Of a stretch of DNA of 64,000 nt, positions 18,611-28,486 are shown in pieces (the first letter of the stretch is position 1; each line of letters starts with the position of its first letter). The notes below the pieces were generated by a model. The model had not been told where the DNA came from. It made no database searches and saw nothing but the letters and a program-made list of their open reading frames with translations. Origin of the DNA: Bradyrhizobiaceae bacterium PARB1. GTDB taxonomy: Bacteria > Pseudomonadota > Alphaproteobacteria > Rhizobiales > Xanthobacteraceae. The stretch is taken from assembly GCA_002256345.1 (NCBI GenBank), contig NKIY01000004.1:15876-79875 (forward strand). Reading direction: 5' to 3'. The position numbers were made by a program, and so were the translations under genes.

Positions 18611-20317
18611 CTACAATGTCGGCCGCGAGGCATCGCCGAGAAAACCGTGCAATGCGGCTACGACCTGCGCGCCCTCGCCGATGGCGCCGCCGACACGCTT
18701 GACCGAGCCGGACCGCACATCGCCTACCGCAAAGACACCGGGCACCGTCGTCTCCAGCGCCTGCGCCGCACGGCCGTTGGTCGGCACGCCGGTGATGACG
18801 AAGCCGCCGCGGTCAAGCATCACACCGCAATCGGACAACCAGTCGGTGGCCGGATCGGCGCCGACGAACAGGAAGAGATTGCGGATCTCGAATGCCTCGT
18901 CCTCGCCTGACAGGCGGCTCCGTGTCGTCACCCGCGACAGACCGGCCTCGGCATCGCCATCCAGCGCGACAACTTCGGTATTGAAGACGAGTTCGATGTT
19001 CGCGGTCGATTCGATGCGGTCGATTAGATAGCGCGACATCGAAGATGCAAGCCCCCCGCCGCGGATCACCATGCGCACCTTGGCAGCCTGGGAGGCCAGA
19101 AACACCGCCGCCTGTCCGGCCGAATTGCCGCCGCCGACCAGGATGACCTCCTGCTCCTTGCAGAGCCGCCCTTCGATCGGCGAGGCCCAGTACCACACGC
19201 CGCGCCCCTCGAAATCGGCGAGACGGTCGATCTCCGGTCGTCGATAGCGCGCGCCTGACGCGATCACGATGGCGCGCGCCTTCAGCACGTCGCCATCGTC
19301 GAGCGCGAGGCCGAACAAGCCGTCATGCCGCGAGCAATCGAGCTGATCCACCGTGACGGGAATCATGAGGTCGGCGCCGAATTTCTGCGCCTGGTTGAAG
19401 GCCCGCGCCGTCAGCGCATGGCCGGAGATGCCGGTGGGAAAGCCGAGATAGTTCTCGATCCGCGCGCTGGCGCCCGCTTGCCCACCGAAGGCGCGGGAAT
19501 CGCACACCGCAATCGAGAGCCCTTCGGACGCGCCATACACCGCGGTCGACAGACCGGCCGGCCCGCTGCCGACAATGGCAACGTCATAAACCTTACCCTT
19601 CTCGATATGGCGGATCATGCCCATGGCGTGCGCCAGCTCGGATAGAGACGGGTTCTTCAGCACGGTGCCGTCGGGCACCACCACCAGCGGCAGATCGCGC
19701 GGCGACGGCGAGTAGCGCGCCACCACATCGGCAGCGTCCTTGTCCACCTCCGGATCGAGCAGGTGATGGGGATAGCCATTGCGAGTGAGAAAGCCCTGCA
19801 GCCGCACCACGTCGCTGGCCACGGGCGAGCCGATCAGCGCAGGCCCGCCGACACCGCCCTGCAGCAGGTTCACGCGGCGCAGGATCAGCGCCCGCATGAT
19901 GCGTTCTCCGAGATCGGCCTCCGCCACCAGCAATGCGCGCAGCTTCTCGGGCGGGATCAGCAATGTCTCGACATCGCCCTCGGCGCGGCCATCCACCAGC
20001 GCCATCCGACCGGACAATTGGCCGATTTCGGCGAGAAACTGCCCGGCGCATTGATCCGCCACCGGCGAGACACGGCCAAAGCCATCGCGCTGGGTCACGC
20101 AGACATGGCCGGACAGCACCACGAACATGCCGGGGCCGGGCTTGCCCGTCTCGAACAGCAGGTCGCCGTCGTTGAAATGCACGACATCGCCGAATCGGCG
20201 CATCCGCTCGATCTCGGCGCCGGTCAGCGAGGGAAACGTCTGGTCGTAACGCGGCGTCAGCATCGCCGCCTTTTTGTGTTCGGGGATGTTGTTCGGATCC
20301 AAGCTCTTCAGGTCCAT
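18611..20317 (-). CDS. Cyclic-nucleotide-binding domain fused to a thioredoxin-reductase-like FAD/NAD(P) oxidoreductase
   Basis: N-terminal CAP-effector-like domain (FNDGDLLFETGKPGPGMFVVLSGHV...). FAD motif VAIVGSGPAGLS and NAD(P) motif LVGGGNSAGQAA. C-terminal GVFAVGDVRSGS. Confidence 0.85.
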   Translation of the reverse strand: MDLKSLDPNNIPEHKKAAMLTPRYDQTFPSLTGAEIERMRRFGDVVHFNDGDLLFETGKPGPGMFVVLSGHVCVTQRDGFGRVSPVADQCAGQFLAEIGQLSGRMALVDGRAEGDVETLLIPPEKLRALLVAEADLGERIMRALILRRVNLLQGGVGGPALIGSPVASDVVRLQGFLTRNGYPHHLLDPEVDKDAADVVARYSPSPRDLPLVVVPDGTVLKNPSLSELAHAMGMIRHIEKGKVYDVAIVGSGPAGLSTAVYGASEGLSIAVCDSRAFGGQAGASARIENYLGFPTGISGHALTARAFNQAQKFGADLMIPVTVDQLDCSRHDGLFGLALDDGDVLKARAIVIASGARYRRPEIDRLADFEGRGVWYWASPIEGRLCKEQEVILVGGGNSAGQAAVFLASQAAKVRMVIRGGGLASSMSRYLIDRIESTANIELVFNTEVVALDGDAEAGLSRVTTRSRLSGEDEAFEIRNLFLFVGADPATDWLSDCGVMLDRGGFVITGVPTNGRAAQALETTVPGVFAVGDVRSGSVKRVGGAIGEGAQVVAALHGFLGDASRPTL

Positions 20318-20350
20318 GGGGGTCTCGCCTGCGCGCTGAACGTGACCGAA

Positions 20351-20557
20351 TTATTCCCGGCCGGGATCGTCCTGTCTTGAACGGTTGTCCGCTCCGGTAT
20401 CGGGCTCGGATGACACCCCCGCCGCCGCTGCGGCGAGATCGGCGCGACCGCGCAACTGCGACTTGCGTTTCTTCAGATTGTCCCGCAACGCCTGCCGCAG
20501 ACGCGCCTGCCTGGCCATTTCGCGGTCATTCGGGCTATGGGAGGGACGGTCGGCCAT
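20351..20557 (-). CDS. Small basic hypothetical protein (68 aa)
   Basis: MADRPSHSPNDREMARQARLRQALRDNLKKRKSQLRGR... looks like a small conserved alphaproteobacterial protein. The start is chosen at the internal ATG of a longer, unconvincing ORF. Confidence 0.4.
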   Translation of the reverse strand: MADRPSHSPNDREMARQARLRQALRDNLKKRKSQLRGRADLAAAAAGVSSEPDTGADNRSRQDDPGRE

Positions 20558-20816
20558 GAAACATGCTGTTAGAACGGCTTGGAGTTCGTGTGTCTGCCCC
20601 CTTCTAGCATCACGCAGCAGCGACAACGAGACACGTTCATTTGCGCTGCCGCCGGGACGGCCGGCACGCGGAACTGGCAGCGGGAACGCGATCCGGTACA
20701 AATCCTTCACAATGATGCCGCCGAAGGCCGTCCCGCGCTTGCACCTCGGATGAGTGTGTGGCAGAGAACGCCTCGCTTGGCGGGCCGCCCTCGGCGCCGA
20801 TTCCCGCAACCAGCAT

Positions 20817-20891
20817 GCTGCCGTAGCTCAGTGGTAGAGCACTCCATTGGTAATGGAGAGGTCGACAGTTCAATCCTGTCTGGCAGCACCA
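20817..20891 (+). tRNA. tRNA-Thr (anticodon GGU)
   Basis: GCTGCCGTAGCTCAGTGGTAGAGCACTCCATTGGTAATGGAGAGGTCGACAGTTCAATCCTGTCTGGCAGCACCA forms a 75-nt cloverleaf. Anticodon loop TTGGTAA. Confidence 0.9.
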
Positions 20892-20940
20892 TTTATTTGA
20901 TCACAAAATCAACACCTTACTCCCGATCACGCAGCCTCAG

Positions 20941-22185
20941 TCAATCCTGGTGCCTGCGTCTGCGCGGCTGGAATGAGGCGACCGCTACGACGAGATCCAA
21001 TGCCAGCGCCGTGACGATCGCGCAGGCGCCGACGATGAACAGCATCCGGTAATCTCCGCCGCTGCGTTCGAACACGAATGACATCCCATAGGCGGCTACG
21101 GCCTGGGCGATCGCAAAGGCAACGGTCGCCGTGCTCCAGGCGGCCTTTTGCCGTGCGGGCTGATGCGGCAGCAACTCGCCGATCCGGCCAAGCACCAGAG
21201 GCACGGTGCCCGTGACGAATGCGCCAACAACGACGCTTGAGACGATCAGCCCGGCACGCCCGAGGTCGAACACAGGCAGCGCAACGGCAACCGCTTCGAC
21301 GAAAAACGACAAACGCAGCGCCGGTCCGAAGCCCGCACGGTCGGCGAGATGGCCGGCAAGCACCGGCCCCACGGTCGCACCGATCCCGAACAGCACCCAG
21401 AACTCGGCACCGACCTCGACGCCCTGATGCAGTCCGCGCGCGACATAATCGACGAGGAAGATCATATGTGGCACCCAGCCCGCTGCGTTCAGGGCGTATT
21501 CGCCGTAAAGCGCGCGCAGCGTGATCGATCGCGCGCGGCCCGTCGCCACCTGTTCGTCAATGACCGGTATGGACGCATCGGTCTTTTCATGCGGCCAGCC
21601 GCTCCACGCCAGCGCCGTCAACAGCGCAGACAACAGGCCGAGGCCGACCCAGGTCTGGGTGACGCCCCCCTGCAGCAACAGGGGAACGAGTGTTCCCGAT
21701 GCGGCAACACCCGCGCCGACACCCATGAAAATGACGCCGCCGGCGAGACCGCGACGCGGCACGGGCACATGCGCGAGCACGGTTGGCGCCGCCAGAACCA
21801 TCAGCGCGCCGCCAGCGAGCCCTGCGGCAAACCGCCAACCAAAATACCAGGTGAATGAAACCGGCTCGGCACAGGCGAAAAAGGCCACCGTCGCGAGCAC
21901 CATCATCGCCCGCAGAACGGTCACCACCGGCCAACGGACAGCAAGGCGCCGTCCCAGCAGTGCGCCGGCCAGATAGCCCGACAGATTCGCGGCGCCGAGA
22001 TATGCCGCCGTCGATGCATCGAACCAGTGGGCGCTGACGATTGCGGGCAGCAAGGGCGTGTAGGCAAAACGGGCCAGCCCAATGCCGATCAGGCTGGCGC
22101 AGAACGCCGACAATACCGGGCGCCACGCCATATCGGGATGACCAAGGGCTGACGTCTTGGGCGCTTCGGTTCGAACACCGGGCAT
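20941..22185 (-). CDS. MFS transporter (YbfB/YjiJ-like)
   Basis: About 12 TM helices, with ...LIGIGLARFAYTPLLPAIV... typical of the YbfB/YjiJ family. Start taken at MPGVRTE (22185). Confidence 0.75.
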   Translation of the reverse strand: MPGVRTEAPKTSALGHPDMAWRPVLSAFCASLIGIGLARFAYTPLLPAIVSAHWFDASTAAYLGAANLSGYLAGALLGRRLAVRWPVVTVLRAMMVLATVAFFACAEPVSFTWYFGWRFAAGLAGGALMVLAAPTVLAHVPVPRRGLAGGVIFMGVGAGVAASGTLVPLLLQGGVTQTWVGLGLLSALLTALAWSGWPHEKTDASIPVIDEQVATGRARSITLRALYGEYALNAAGWVPHMIFLVDYVARGLHQGVEVGAEFWVLFGIGATVGPVLAGHLADRAGFGPALRLSFFVEAVAVALPVFDLGRAGLIVSSVVVGAFVTGTVPLVLGRIGELLPHQPARQKAAWSTATVAFAIAQAVAAYGMSFVFERSGGDYRMLFIVGACAIVTALALDLVVAVASFQPRRRRHQD

Positions 22186-22266
22186 GATGCGATCTCCAAA
22201 GATATGATTTATGGAGATGCTAAATCGTGATATATATCTCAAAAAGCGATTATATTAGATAAGGCT

Positions 22267-22281
22267 ATCTGATCTTCAGAT
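22267..22281. promoter_or_regulatory. Candidate LysR box ATCTGA-TCT-TCAGAT (contains T-N11-A) in the AT-rich divergent region
   Basis: Perfect 6-bp inverted repeat in the 232-bp AT-rich spacer between the MFS gene and the LysR regulator gene. Confidence 0.4.
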
Positions 22282-22417
22282 ACAAGAAACTGACTTAATG
22301 TCAGGACGATAACGAAAAATGCTTTGGACGCTGGCATTTCCATCTGTCCGATAGCGAGGCAATCAATCGCTATTGGAGATTAATTAATCACCAAGATATC
22401 TAGAGAGGGACGATGGG

Positions 22418-23305
22418 ATGGACGTATCCGATCTTGTGATCTTTGAAGCCGTTTCCCGCCACGGCAGCATGAACCGGGCAGCGTCCGAACTGAACACCGT
22501 TCAGTCCAATGTCACGGCCCGCATTCGCGCTCTCGAAGAGGATCTGGGCGTCAACCTGTTCCAGCGGCATCCGCGCGGCGTTTCGACGACGCCGTCGGGT
22601 CAGCGAATCCTGCCCCTCGTCGCTCGGCTGACAAAGCTGCTGGCCGACGTGCGGATAGCGGCCAGAGATGACGGCGCACCACATGGAAGCCTGCATGTTG
22701 GCAGCCTGGAAACAACCACGGCACTGCGCCTGTCGCCGCTCCTGACGCAATTTGCCAAGACCTATCCCGACGTTCGGCTGATCGTTTCCACCGGCACTAC
22801 CCGAAAGCTCCTCGACGACGTCATCAATTGCCGTATCGAAGGCGCCTTCGTCGCCGGGCCGGTGACTCATCCCGACCTGTGCCAGGAAACCGTGTTCACC
22901 GAGGAGCTGGTGCTCGTCACATCGCGCCAAATTCGTCGTATGGACGAGCTGAAGGACATCGCCGACCTCAAAACCATCGTTTTCCAGGCTGGCTGCTCTT
23001 ATCGTCAGCGGCTCGACAGCCTGCTGACCGGCATGGGGGTGATCACCGCCAGGCCACTGGAATTCGGCTCGCTCGAAGCCATCATCAGTTGCGTTTCCGC
23101 CGGCATCGGCGTCACCCTGCTCCCCAAAGGGATTGTCGGACCGGCCTGGCAGGATGGCCGAATCGCCGTCCACGAACTCCCACAGGACGAAGGCCAGGTC
23201 GAAACCCTATTCGTTCGCCGCCGCGACGCCTTCGTGTCCAGCGCAGTGACCGCTTTTCTGCAACTTGCCCGCCCGCGCGCGAGCGGAGCGCCCCACGCTT
23301 CATAG
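22418..23305 (+). CDS. LysR family transcriptional regulator
   Basis: N-terminal HTH MDVSDLVIFEAVSRHGSMNRAASELNTVQSNVTARIRALEEDLGVNLFQR plus a LysR substrate-binding domain. Confidence 0.88.
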   Translation: MDVSDLVIFEAVSRHGSMNRAASELNTVQSNVTARIRALEEDLGVNLFQRHPRGVSTTPSGQRILPLVARLTKLLADVRIAARDDGAPHGSLHVGSLETTTALRLSPLLTQFAKTYPDVRLIVSTGTTRKLLDDVINCRIEGAFVAGPVTHPDLCQETVFTEELVLVTSRQIRRMDELKDIADLKTIVFQAGCSYRQRLDSLLTGMGVITARPLEFGSLEAIISCVSAGIGVTLLPKGIVGPAWQDGRIAVHELPQDEGQVETLFVRRRDAFVSSAVTAFLQLARPRASGAPHAS

Positions 23306-23326
23306 CGGCTGGCGACATTCAGCGCC

Positions 23327-23707
23327 TTACCCGGCCGGATCGTCGCGACGCTCGCCTGCAATGTCCAGCAGGCCCAGGGCATCGCGATCATCGGCCGCCC
23401 TGGCGTCGTCGATATAGGCCACAAGCAGACGGTTGATTGCGTTGGCATCCAGCAGGCGAAAATCGGATGGCAGGATCCAGCCGTCGAAAAACCGATCAAC
23501 ATAGCCGACCGGGCTATCCCGCTCCTCGACCCAGTTCGGACCGATCAGCCCCGCCGGATGCGGCTCCCAGTAACAGCAGATCAGGCGCCCGCCTTGCGCG
23601 GCGCGGCCGAGAATGCGTTGCCCGTCGCGGGGGGCCTCAGCCATCGGCCGGAGAAACTGGCCATATTCCCTCAAAATCCGCTCGACCTGCATCCAGCGCG
23701 CTTCCAT
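23327..23707 (-). CDS. Hypothetical protein (orphan)
   Basis: Only the C-terminal ~126 codons of the track ORF look protein-like (MEARWMQVERILREYGQFLRPMAEAPRDGQRILG...). No family recognised. Confidence 0.35.
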   Translation of the reverse strand: MEARWMQVERILREYGQFLRPMAEAPRDGQRILGRAAQGGRLICCYWEPHPAGLIGPNWVEERDSPVGYVDRFFDGWILPSDFRLLDANAINRLLVAYIDDARAADDRDALGLLDIAGERRDDPAG

Positions 23708-24177
23708 TTGCGGAGAGGCGCCGAACGGCACCGCGTCAGGAGGTAATCGAGACCGACGAAGATTGTTTCGACCCTCACGCCAACGCAAACGGTCGTGATG
23801 CCGACGCGCACCCAAAGATTGCACGTCATCCGCTGGCCAAAGCGGCGCCACGGAAGGCGCGCACGGCGGCCGCAAACCGGATTTGCAAGCAGAGGTACCC
23901 GCACAGTCGATCACAAGAAATCTATCTAGAACGAAACCAATTCCTTACGGGTTGATGCAGCATCCCGAAATAGGCTCGTACCCCCCTGAAAATTAACGTG
24001 TCTTTTAGTTTTAATTAATTTGTCGCTAACGATGATTTTGCGGTGCGTCTCATCCTGTCGGGTTGTAGGCGGCTGTGGCGAATGGGTGACAGCAATTTGC
24101 GCAAAACCTGTCTATTTCCACGGCATAGACGGAGCCCAAGCGCGCCCCGCCTAAAATGGTTTTCTGGAGAAGAAAAA

Positions 24178-24897
24178 ATGAAGAAGTTCCTGCTGGGCAC
24201 CGTTGCCCTTCTCGCGATGGGCGCTTCGGCTTCGGCCGCTGACCTCGCTGCCCGTCCCTACACCAAGGCTCCGGCTTACGTCGCTGCCCCGATCTACAAC
24301 TGGACCGGCTTCTACATCGGCGGTCACGTTGGCGGCGCATTCAACGGCAACAGCGGCTTCGGCGGCACCTCGGACAACTCCGACGGTCGCTTCCTCGGCG
24401 GTCTGCAGGTCGGCGCTGACTACCAGTTCGCTCCGAACTGGGTCGTTGGTATCGAAGGTCAGTACAGCTGGGTTGGTTCGAACAACACCAACATCGTGTT
24501 CGGCACCACCGGCTACGGCTACAACCTGAACCAGAAGGGTCTGGCCTCGGTCACCGGCCGCCTCGGCTACACCTGGGGTCCGGCTCTGCTCTACGTGAAG
24601 GGCGGTTGGGCTTATCAGGACGCCACCGAAACCCTGTTCATCCCGGTTGGCGCTTCGACTGCTTTCGACACCTCCACCAAGTCGAGCGGCTACACCGTCG
24701 GCGCTGGCCTCGAATACCTGTTCACCCAGAACTGGTCGGGCAAGGTCGAGTACCAGTACTACGACTTCGGCAACACCACCATCAACACCCCGGCTCTCCT
24801 CGGTGCTTTCGGTTCGTCCAAGAACGACCAGCACACCGTCAAGGCCGGCCTGAACTACCGCTTCAACTGGGGCGGCCCGGTCGTCGCGAAGTACTAA
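24178..24897 (+). CDS. Outer-membrane beta-barrel protein (Omp25/RopB/porin-family)
   Basis: Signal peptide MKKFLLGTVALLAMGASASAADL, alternating beta-strand pattern and C-terminal ...GLNYRFNWGGPVVAKY. The ATG at 24178 follows GGAGAAGAAAAA. Confidence 0.85.
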   Translation: MKKFLLGTVALLAMGASASAADLAARPYTKAPAYVAAPIYNWTGFYIGGHVGGAFNGNSGFGGTSDNSDGRFLGGLQVGADYQFAPNWVVGIEGQYSWVGSNNTNIVFGTTGYGYNLNQKGLASVTGRLGYTWGPALLYVKGGWAYQDATETLFIPVGASTAFDTSTKSSGYTVGAGLEYLFTQNWSGKVEYQYYDFGNTTINTPALLGAFGSSKNDQHTVKAGLNYRFNWGGPVVAKY

Positions 24898-24930
24898 GCT
24901 TCGCGCCTGGTCTCAGGCTCTCTACTACGG

Positions 24931-24964
24931 AAAGGCCGGCGGCAACGCCGGCCTTTTTGTTTTG
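24931..24964 (+). terminator. Rho-independent terminator after the porin gene
   Basis: GGCCGGCG-GCAA-CGCCGGCC stem-loop followed by TTTTTGTTTT. Confidence 0.8.
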
Positions 24965-25133
24965 GGACATTTTGTTTCGGGCGTAGCTCCCGCTCCTCTT
25001 TCACGACTCGGTAACTGCACCGGCCTTGCAAAAGGCCCGAAGCTGCCCGCTTTCCCGAATGTTAACCCGGTAACCTCATACTCCGCCGCGCGATCCGCCA
25101 ATGCACCACCGCGGACGTAGGGGAGTCATCTAC

Positions 25134-27269
25134 GTGAAGTCGGTTTTCGGAAAATTCGGACGCATCACACGCCCGCGTTGGGGTATCCGCGGCAGCCTGT
25201 TCGCGGCCTTCGCCGTTATCGCCGGCATGGCGATCCTGATCAGCGCCGGCGCCGGTGCCATTCTCGGCCAACTCGGCCAGATGATGACGGATCTCAACGG
25301 CCGCGATCTCCCCAAACTGACCGCCAGCCTCGAACTCGCGACCGCCAGCGAGAGCCTCGCCAGCCAGGGCCCGATGCTGCTCGCCTCACCGACCGCGGAC
25401 ACTCTGAAAGAGCGCTCGCAACGCATGCGCGACACCCACAAGGTGGCGGTCGAAAAACTCGGCTCGATCGCGAAGCTCGGCGCCGACAAGGCCGTGGTCA
25501 TCGCGCTCGGCGACAGCGTGAAGAACATCGAGGACACGATCCGCAGTCTCGGCACGGCGACGCAGGAAAAGATCGACGCCGCGATCCAGCACGAGAAGCT
25601 TTATAATGCCGTGCGCGCCGCCGCCGACAACTTCGTGAAGAAGGCAGCTCCGGCCATCACCGACGCCCAGGCCGGCATGGATGCCACCTTGCGCGCCGTC
25701 GTGTTCTCGGCCGAGGATTCCGGCGAGGCCTCACGCATCATCGTGCAGATCGGCAATGTCGTCGCCGACACCAATCTGATCTCGTCCGACCTGATGGCCG
25801 CGCTGTCCGCCGGCACCGGCGAGGCGCTCTCTCCCATCGAGGACAATTTCAAGACCGCGCAAACGCGCGTGAAGACGAATCTCACCGCGCTCGACGGCGC
25901 CATCAGCAGCATTCCGGATCTGCGCAAGGCGGCCGAGCAACTGCTCGCACTCGGCGACGGCAAGAACGGCGTCTTCAAGATTCGCCAGAAAGAACTCGAT
26001 ACGCTCGAATATGGCGAGCTCATTCTCGACGAAACCCGCAAGCTCAATGCCGGCCTCGGCATCAGCGTGAAGATGCTGGTCGACAAGGTGCGTGCGGAGA
26101 CCGACGCATCGACAACCAGGGCGCAAACGACGATCTCGCTCTCGACGCAGATCATGCTCGCGCTGGGCGGCCTGACCCTGATCGGCTCGGCCCTGTTCGT
26201 CTGGCTCTATGTCGGCCGCAGCATCCTGCGCCGGATTGCACACCTGCAGAAGGCGATGCAATTGCTCTCCAGCGGCGACCTCGAAACGCAGATCGCCCGC
26301 GGCAAGCAGCAGGACGAGATCACCGTCATGGCCGACTCGCTGGAAGTGTTCCGCGAGAACATGATCAATGCGCGCACCATGAGCGCCGAGCAGGATCGCG
26401 ATCGCATCGCCAAGAACGAGCGTGCCGCGCGTATCGAGACACGTATTCACGATTTCGAGGACAAGGTTCGCGCCGCGCTCGACAAGCTGCAGACTGCTGC
26501 CAATTCAATGCAGACGACGGCGCAGGACATGTCGGCCACCGCCGATCGCTCCAGCACTCTCGTCAGTGCGGTCGCGGCTGCCGCCGAGGAGACATCGGTG
26601 AACGTGCAGACCGTCTCGGCCGGCACGGAAGAGCTGACATCGTCGATCGCCGAGATCAGCCGTCAGGTGACCAATTCCTCGCAGATCGCCGCCAAGGCTG
26701 TGAGCGAGGCCGGCGCGACCGACACCACCATGCAGGGCCTCGCCGAGAGCGCCAACCGCATCAGCGTGGTGATCGACCTGATCCAGACCATTGCATCGCA
26801 GACCAACCTGCTCGCGCTGAACGCCACCATCGAGGCAGCGCGCGCCGGCGATGCCGGCCGCGGATTTGCCGTGGTCGCGTCCGAAGTAAAGGGCCTCGCC
26901 GAGCAGACCGCGAAAGCCACCGACGAGATCCGCACGCAGATCGTCGCCATGCAGCAGGTGACGTCCACCGCGGTCGGCGCCATCAGAAACATCGGCCAGA
27001 CCATCACCGAGATCAACGAAGTGAGCACGGCCATCGCCACCGCCGTCGAGCAGCAGGGCGCCGCGACGCGCGAGATCGCACGCAACATCCAGCATGCCGC
27101 GGGCGGCACCAGCGAAGTCTCGAGCAACATTGTCGGCGTCAGCGAGGCATCGTCGCAAGCCGGCACCGCGGCCACGGACGTGCTCGGCGCGTCCGGCGAA
27201 CTCCGGCGCGAGGCCGATATTCTGCGCGGCGAGATCGACGAATTCCTCACCAGCATTCGTGCCGCCTGA
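25134..27269 (+). CDS. Methyl-accepting chemotaxis protein
   Basis: TM, periplasmic region, TM, HAMP, and the conserved signalling hairpin [37 protein letters not shown] at 25134 follows AGGGGAG; the alternative start is ATG at 25101. Confidence 0.88.
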   Translation: MKSVFGKFGRITRPRWGIRGSLFAAFAVIAGMAILISAGAGAILGQLGQMMTDLNGRDLPKLTASLELATASESLASQGPMLLASPTADTLKERSQRMRDTHKVAVEKLGSIAKLGADKAVVIALGDSVKNIEDTIRSLGTATQEKIDAAIQHEKLYNAVRAAADNFVKKAAPAITDAQAGMDATLRAVVFSAEDSGEASRIIVQIGNVVADTNLISSDLMAALSAGTGEALSPIEDNFKTAQTRVKTNLTALDGAISSIPDLRKAAEQLLALGDGKNGVFKIRQKELDTLEYGELILDETRKLNAGLGISVKMLVDKVRAETDASTTRAQTTISLSTQIMLALGGLTLIGSALFVWLYVGRSILRRIAHLQKAMQLLSSGDLETQIARGKQQDEITVMADSLEVFRENMINARTMSAEQDRDRIAKNERAARIETRIHDFEDKVRAALDKLQTAANSMQTTAQDMSATADRSSTLVSAVAAAAEETSVNVQTVSAGTEELTSSIAEISRQVTNSSQIAAKAVSEAGATDTTMQGLAESANRISVVIDLIQTIASQTNLLALNATIEAARAGDAGRGFAVVASEVKGLAEQTAKATDEIRTQIVAMQQVTSTAVGAIRNIGQTITEINEVSTAIATAVEQQGAATREIARNIQHAAGGTSEVSSNIVGVSEASSQAGTAATDVLGASGELRREADILRGEIDEFLTSIRAA

Positions 27270-27392
27270 CGCACCCTTGACGCGCAGCGGGCGACAATTC
27301 GCGCCGCGCGTCCTTGCGCTTGCCACATAATTCATGGACTGCTTCCCGCGCAGTCCATGCCCTCGGGCTGCGCAAGCTGCGAGGACTGCACC

Positions 27393-28406
27393 ATGCCGAC
27401 ATCTTCAGTCACGTCGATTCATCAGCCGCGCCACGACTGGCAACGCGCAGAGGCCGACGCGCTCTATACGCTGCCGTTCTCCGATCTGATCTTCCAGGCC
27501 CAGAGCGTCCATCGCACCAGCTTCGATCCCAATCACATCGAAACCGCCAGCCTGCTCAGCATCAAGACCGGCGGCTGTGCCGAAGACTGCGGCTACTGCT
27601 CGCAGAGCGCCCATTACGATACGGGCCTCAAGGCCACCAAGCTGATGGACCAGGACGCCGTCGTCGCCACCGCGCAGCGCGCGAAGGAGGCCGGCGCCAG
27701 CCGCTTCTGCATGGCGGCCGCATGGCGCAATCCGAAGGACAAGGATCTCGATCGCGTTTGCGACATGGTGAGCGCGGTGAAGTCGCTCGGCATGGAAACC
27801 TGCGCCACGCTCGGCATGCTCACGGACGATCAGGCGAAGCGCCTGCACGCTGCCGGCCTCGACTTCTACAATCACAATGTCGATACCTCGCCGGAATTCT
27901 ACGGCAAGATCATCACCACTCGCACGATGCAGGACCGCATCGATACGCTGTCGCGCGCCCATGATGCCGGGCTCAAGACCTGCTGCGGCGGCATCATCGG
28001 TATGGGCGAACAAATCGAGGATCGCCTCGGCATGCTGCTGCTGCTCGCCAACATGCCGCATCATCCGGACTCGGTGCCGATCAACATGTGGAACGAGGTC
28101 AAGGGCGTGCCGGTCAATGACACCGCCGAACGCCCCGATCCGATCGCCCTCGTCCGCATGATCGCGGTGGCGCGTATCATGATGCCGAAGAGCGTCGTGA
28201 GGCTTTCCGCCGGACGGCAATACATGACCGACGAGTTGCAGGCGCTGTGCTTCCTCGCCGGCGCCAACTCCATCTTCATCGGCGACGTGCTGCTGACCAC
28301 GAAGAATCCCCAGACCGACCGCGACAGCGACCTGCTCGGCCGTCTCGGCATGACCTCGGGCCTCAGTGCCACCGAGGCAGCCCCTGCCATGCGCGCCAGC
28401 GCATAA
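27393..28406 (+). CDS. bioB: Biotin synthase
   Basis: Radical-SAM [11 protein letters not shown] motif and full-length BioB similarity. ATG at 27393 follows GAGGA; the alternative start is ATG at 27357. Confidence 0.92.
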   Translation: MPTSSVTSIHQPRHDWQRAEADALYTLPFSDLIFQAQSVHRTSFDPNHIETASLLSIKTGGCAEDCGYCSQSAHYDTGLKATKLMDQDAVVATAQRAKEAGASRFCMAAAWRNPKDKDLDRVCDMVSAVKSLGMETCATLGMLTDDQAKRLHAAGLDFYNHNVDTSPEFYGKIITTRTMQDRIDTLSRAHDAGLKTCCGGIIGMGEQIEDRLGMLLLLANMPHHPDSVPINMWNEVKGVPVNDTAERPDPIALVRMIAVARIMMPKSVVRLSAGRQYMTDELQALCFLAGANSIFIGDVLLTTKNPQTDRDSDLLGRLGMTSGLSATEAAPAMRASA

Positions 28407-28486
28407 CTGCATTCCCTGCGCCGGCCACAAGAAGGGCTGGCGCAGGGGTCCTTCGCCCGCTAAGCCGGATGCAAAGGACAAAAAAG

